DNA from: a virus
DNA: 64,000 bases
IMG/VR virus record: IMGVR_UViG_3300045988_133686
Span: 32,001-96,000 of that record
Direction: 5' to 3' (one strand)
The first letter of the stretch is position 1. The number at the start of each line of letters is the position of its first letter. The position numbers were made by a program, and so were the translations under genes. The notes beneath the pieces were generated by a model. The model did not search any database, had not been told where the DNA came from, and was given only the letters and a program-made list of their open reading frames with translations. Of this stretch, positions 61,068-64,000 are shown piece by piece.

Positions 61068-61389
61068 TTTTGTCCTCCATTTTCGCGCCGCAGTTTGGAC
61101 AGAATTTAGGCAACCAATTAGTATACGCATCCGCGTAGCGGCATACCGGACACGTCACAAGACGTCTGCCGTCGTGTAGCAGCAGAACGTCCCACTGGTA
61201 TTCCTGCACCGCCTGTAAGTCAACCGTTGCAAACTTTTCAACCATCTCTGTCACAATATCAAACACATCTAACTCACGTGGTAGAGATATAATGTCAAAG
61301 TCGTTCAAATCCCGCTCGCTCCGGTATTGACTTTTGCGCTCTTGGATTGCATTGTGTAGTCTATATTTATCAATATACTTAGATTCCAT
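61060..61389 (-). CDS. hypothetical protein with C-terminal zinc ribbon
   Basis: CPVCRYADAYTNWLPKFCPNCG. 109 aa. Confidence 0.6.
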   Translation of the reverse strand: MESKYIDKYRLHNAIQERKSQYRSERDLNDFDIISLPRELDVFDIVTEMVEKFATVDLQAVQEYQWDVLLLHDGRRLVTCPVCRYADAYTNWLPKFCPNCGAKMEDKNA

Positions 61390-61426
61390 ATTAGCTATTC
61401 CTCCCTGTGCCTTTCAATGCTTTCTC

Positions 61427-61846
61427 TCATGCTCTTACTTCATCCCAACCTAACAACTCTTTCGCAACCCTTATTGCGTTTTCTATATTACAGGCCGGAG
61501 CTGCGTTAGCTGCCTTCGCCAACTGCAACACCGCCAGCAACTCATGATATTCGCGCAAATTAAAACGACCGTGCTTGTTTCGTCGCACGGCCGCCAACCA
61601 TTCCTGATAATCACTTTGGTCTTCTGATGTTAATGGAAATCCGGTTTCAGATTCTATTCCCAATTTCGAGAGCGTGAATTGATCGTCAATCTTGAGATCA
61701 CCGTCACCAGATTCCCATACCGTTGTTATCTGTGTTTCTATTATATCATGTTCTACATCTCTCGTAATAACACCCGGCGGCACATCCGTGATATGCTTGA
61801 TAATTTCGCGTACTTGCTCGTCTGTCACGGAAACAAATGTCAGCAT
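61427..61846 (-). CDS. hypothetical protein
   Basis: 139 aa. Its ATG immediately follows a TAG stop of a possible upstream micro-ORF. Confidence 0.6.
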   Translation of the reverse strand: MLTFVSVTDEQVREIIKHITDVPPGVITRDVEHDIIETQITTVWESGDGDLKIDDQFTLSKLGIESETGFPLTSEDQSDYQEWLAAVRRNKHGRFNLREYHELLAVLQLAKAANAAPACNIENAIRVAKELLGWDEVRA

Positions 61847-61936
61847 CTACTCTCCCCCTACAGCCACAATAATGTTTACTATCAATGCCGCGGCGAGCAG
61901 AAAGACACCCGCCGCCATATAAATAACAAGTCCCAC
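61847..61936 (-). CDS. possible 29-aa membrane micro-protein (GTG start)
   Basis: GGAGGA plus 6 nt before GTG 61936. (M)GLVIYMAAGVFLLAAALIVNIIVAVGGE. Its stop abuts the next ATG. Confidence 0.25.
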   Translation of the reverse strand: MGLVIYMAAGVFLLAAALIVNIIVAVGGE

Positions 61937-61988
61937 CGGCAATCCTCCATAATAAAGAGCCGCTGTGTTCCCACAACGGCCCAATCCA

Positions 61989-63164
61989 TTACGCTACTCT
62001 CAGTCTGCCCGCAGTATAAACGAAATTCGCAATCGCCGTATCGACCTCCGCGGCTCTTTGTTTCAATTCAGAACTCACAATGCCCTTCATCATACTTTGC
62101 AGTGCTTCCTTCGCATTGCTCATCGTCTTACACGCGTTATCGATACTGGACAGCTCCCGCACCTTCGCCTGAAGTGCCTTGTTTTCTTCCTGCAAGCGCT
62201 GCATCTCGTTCGCTTGAGCGTCCGGGTCTTCCGGCAGCTTATCTTCCAGTTCTACGATCTTCTGACGCAACTCAGGAATCTCACTCAGCGCCTTGTTCTT
62301 TTCGCGCAGGTGATCCTTGAGCTGGGCAATGCTGATCTTGTACTTGCGGATTTCCTCCTGCATCTGCACGATACTCTCAACATCGTCACCACCGCGCCCT
62401 TCCTCCAGAGCATCACAGCGCTGCACCATGCGCTCCAGACGATCCTCGAACTCACTGGCCTCCGCGTTCAGTCGCTCAATCTCGGCATCCTTGTCGCGCA
62501 CCGTCTGGATCAGTTCTTTGATTTTCGCCTCGGAAACCTTATCGTCACCTTCGGGTACCGCGTCAGCCACCTCGCGCTGCTGTTCGGCAGGCAAAGATGC
62601 GATTGCGATCAAGCCAGAAGCGCTCACTCGATTTCCAATTTCGTTTCCAACTTCGTCATCAAGTGCGGCCAACTTATCCAGGCGACCCACTGCCGAACGC
62701 GACGTGTGGAGATCTTCGCACATATCGTTGATGTTGCGGTACATACCGATAGGCGACCGCTTACTGTCCTCGCTTGCGCCATGACCGCGATTGCCGTACA
62801 AGCGGCGCAACTCATTCAGCACTCTCGCCTGCTGATATACCGGCAGCCCACTCAGCCCGCCGCGGCTCATCACGTTGCTGGCGAGCAGATCGTACAGCAT
62901 CATATCATCGTTATCATAGTCGCGCACCTGACACTGAATCTGCTCGTAGCCACAAGTAATTGCTGCCCGCACTCTGCGATGCCCAGAGACAATCACGCCG
63001 GTCGAGCTTACCAGCGGCATATCGATAATGCCGCGTTCACGCACAGAGGTTAGAAACTCCTCATCGTCTGCGACCGCAGGGAAAAAGTAATCATTGCGGG
63101 GATGTGACGTCAGTTCATTAGGGTTGAGTACCATAATCGTAGAGGGTACATTAATAAGCTGCAT
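61989..63164 (-). CDS. ParB/Srx N-terminal domain protein with a long coiled-coil C-terminus
   Basis: LTSHPRNDYFF...VIVSGHRRVRAA (the ParB-type GHRR box), then a Glu/Lys-rich coiled coil. Confidence 0.78.
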   Translation of the reverse strand: MQLINVPSTIMVLNPNELTSHPRNDYFFPAVADDEEFLTSVRERGIIDMPLVSSTGVIVSGHRRVRAAITCGYEQIQCQVRDYDNDDMMLYDLLASNVMSRGGLSGLPVYQQARVLNELRRLYGNRGHGASEDSKRSPIGMYRNINDMCEDLHTSRSAVGRLDKLAALDDEVGNEIGNRVSASGLIAIASLPAEQQREVADAVPEGDDKVSEAKIKELIQTVRDKDAEIERLNAEASEFEDRLERMVQRCDALEEGRGGDDVESIVQMQEEIRKYKISIAQLKDHLREKNKALSEIPELRQKIVELEDKLPEDPDAQANEMQRLQEENKALQAKVRELSSIDNACKTMSNAKEALQSMMKGIVSSELKQRAAEVDTAIANFVYTAGRLRVA

Positions 63165-63238
63165 GATTGACTCCTCCTTCGTTTACAGAACTGGTGTTCT
63201 CTCTATAGTGGTATTATACAGCACATATGTTCCCGTTG

Positions 63239-63454
63239 TCAATGATATTTTTCCTCACCTCCCGTCTGGTCCGGGAACACAATATAGATACTCAAGTGTA
63301 GCGCTCGACATATCGCGTAAGCCACCGGCACAGTTGGGTCGCAATATCCATTTTCCAATTTGGACAAATGCCCAACGCTAACCCCGCAGCGTCTCGCCAA
63401 CGCCCGCAATGTAATGTCTCGCTCGTAGCGGATAGATCCAAGATTATTTTTCAT
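63239..63454 (-). CDS. XRE-family HTH transcriptional regulator
   Basis: ITLRALARRCGVSVGHLSKLENG. 71 aa. A TGcTAAAAT -10 lies upstream on the minus strand. Confidence 0.8.
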   Translation of the reverse strand: MKNNLGSIRYERDITLRALARRCGVSVGHLSKLENGYCDPTVPVAYAICRALHLSIYIVFPDQTGGEEKYH

Positions 63455-63538
63455 GATCTCAGTCTGCCCGCCCGGCGATTCTTGATTCCTTTAAGTGATT
63501 CCAATTTTAGCATAAAGCTTGTTTCTTATGGGAAACAC

Positions 63539-63922
63539 TTAACCTATTTTAACACGCCGTCTTCTCATAATTTCGAAACTGGACACCGCCGCTCCAACCT
63601 CAAGTGGCTCATAGCAGAATACTCGTAGGAACCCATTTGGAGTGCAATCAATTACCCAATTTTGCTCCAGATTATCTCTTTTCCAGTTTCCAATCCCATC
63701 TAGGTGTAGTGCATCGGAGCACCCGCCCATACGGCATACTGCATGGCCTTTGTTACATGCAGCAAATGTCATGTTACCCCACCCACTATCGTGTATCGAC
63801 CTTATGTCGGTCGGATAAATAATCACGCTATCAAACGCTGGTGCTTCCTCTTGGCTGTACGGCGTCCAATACGGCAAATTCTCGAAATCGTCCATGGTCA
63901 TTCTCATAATATCCGTTTCCAT
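63539..63922 (-). CDS. hypothetical protein
   Basis: GGAGGG plus 5 nt before ATG 63922. Palindrome copy 3 lies 29 nt upstream. Confidence 0.6.
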   Translation of the reverse strand: METDIMRMTMDDFENLPYWTPYSQEEAPAFDSVIIYPTDIRSIHDSGWGNMTFAACNKGHAVCRMGGCSDALHLDGIGNWKRDNLEQNWVIDCTPNGFLRVFCYEPLEVGAAVSSFEIMRRRRVKIG

Positions 63923-63950
63923 ATCTTCCCTCCAAATGTAATCCAATGTC

Positions 63951-63973
63951 AGATATCCCAACTTGGGATATCT
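63951..63973. promoter_or_regulatory. 23-bp palindrome AGATATCCCAACTTGGGATATCT, copy 3 (central base inverted)
   Basis: Same 11-bp arms as copies 1 and 2. Confidence 0.8.
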
Positions 63974-64000
63974 CTTACTTTGTGCTCGCCAAGAACTTGT

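Larger units (their letters stand above)
1..64000. mobile_element. temperate tailed-phage (prophage-type) genome segment: late/tail/lysis arm, int-attP-xis, early/replication arm
   Basis: Gene content and order: tape measure, fibres, endolysin/holins, tyrosine integrase, excisionase, DnaE, primase-helicase, Erf, SSB. Genes are tightly packed with ATGA/TAATG overlaps. Confidence 0.9.

Noticed and set aside
60506-61138. Five overlapping ORFs of 119-190 aa in several frames
   Set aside because: All arise from the 18-bp tandem repeat, which lacks stops in most frames. Only the minus-strand frame with the GGAGGA RBS at 61067 gives a coherent protein.
61965-63053. 362-aa plus-strand ORF
   Set aside because: It is antisense to the ParB-like gene, which has a recognisable motif and RBS. 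The product is low-complexity and Leu/Arg/His-rich, with no RBS, and it would break the co-directional operon.
1-64000. Retron, diversity-generating retroelement or other RT-based system
   Set aside because: No ORF shows reverse-transcriptase motifs (YxDD). The repeats seen are explained by paralogous fibre genes and the hexapeptide array.

Overview
This window looks like most of a temperate, long-tailed (siphovirus-like) phage or prophage genome. All calls come from reading the sequence and ORF track by eye; no searches were run, so family names are motif-level recollections.

**Layout**
- 1-33.5 kb, + strand: late genes. These are a tail tube candidate, a 2293-aa tape measure, baseplate and fibre genes, a set of glycine-rich/LamG fibre proteins, and a lysis cassette.
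- 33.6-35.4 kb: tyrosine integrase, attP and excisionase. The attP carries a tRNA 3'-end fragment and ATTGCTACCA arm repeats.
- 35.3-64 kb, mostly - strand: nucleotide metabolism (dUTPase, NrdD/G/H-like, kinase, ThyX, HD, dCMP deaminase), a methyltransferase, four tRNAs, and replication/recombination genes (DnaE-type polymerase, primase-helicase, Cas4-like nuclease, SSB, Erf). Many small zinc-ribbon early genes, a ParB-like protein and HTH regulators follow.
- AGGAGG-type ribosome-binding sites, extended -10 promoters, SpoIID/SleB-type wall enzymes and a class III RNR suggest an anaerobic Firmicutes/Clostridia-type host (inference only).

**Most notable observations**
1. An opposite-strand, self-promoted gene inside the tail module has a C-terminus (RPHMRRGHWHYFWTG...LRW) that recalls the AcrVA2 anti-CRISPR family.
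2. A perfect 23-bp palindrome, AGATATCCCAAGTTGGGATATCT, occurs three times at gene boundaries in the early/replication arm.
3. A DUF4065/Panacea (SocA-like antitoxin) gene is interrupted by an in-frame TAA exactly at the conserved LQKL glutamine.
4. Two self-contained small hydrophobic-peptide loci (27 aa and 34 aa) each have their own promoter, long structured leader and terminator, resembling type I toxins. One sits next to an attenuator-like structured RNA.
5. A formate/nitrite-transporter-like channel gene sits in the early region.
6. A Cys-containing hexapeptide-repeat protein is encoded by an 18-bp tandem DNA array.
7. RuvC, ClpP-like and beta-CASP nuclease genes are inserted between the tail tube candidate and the tape measure.
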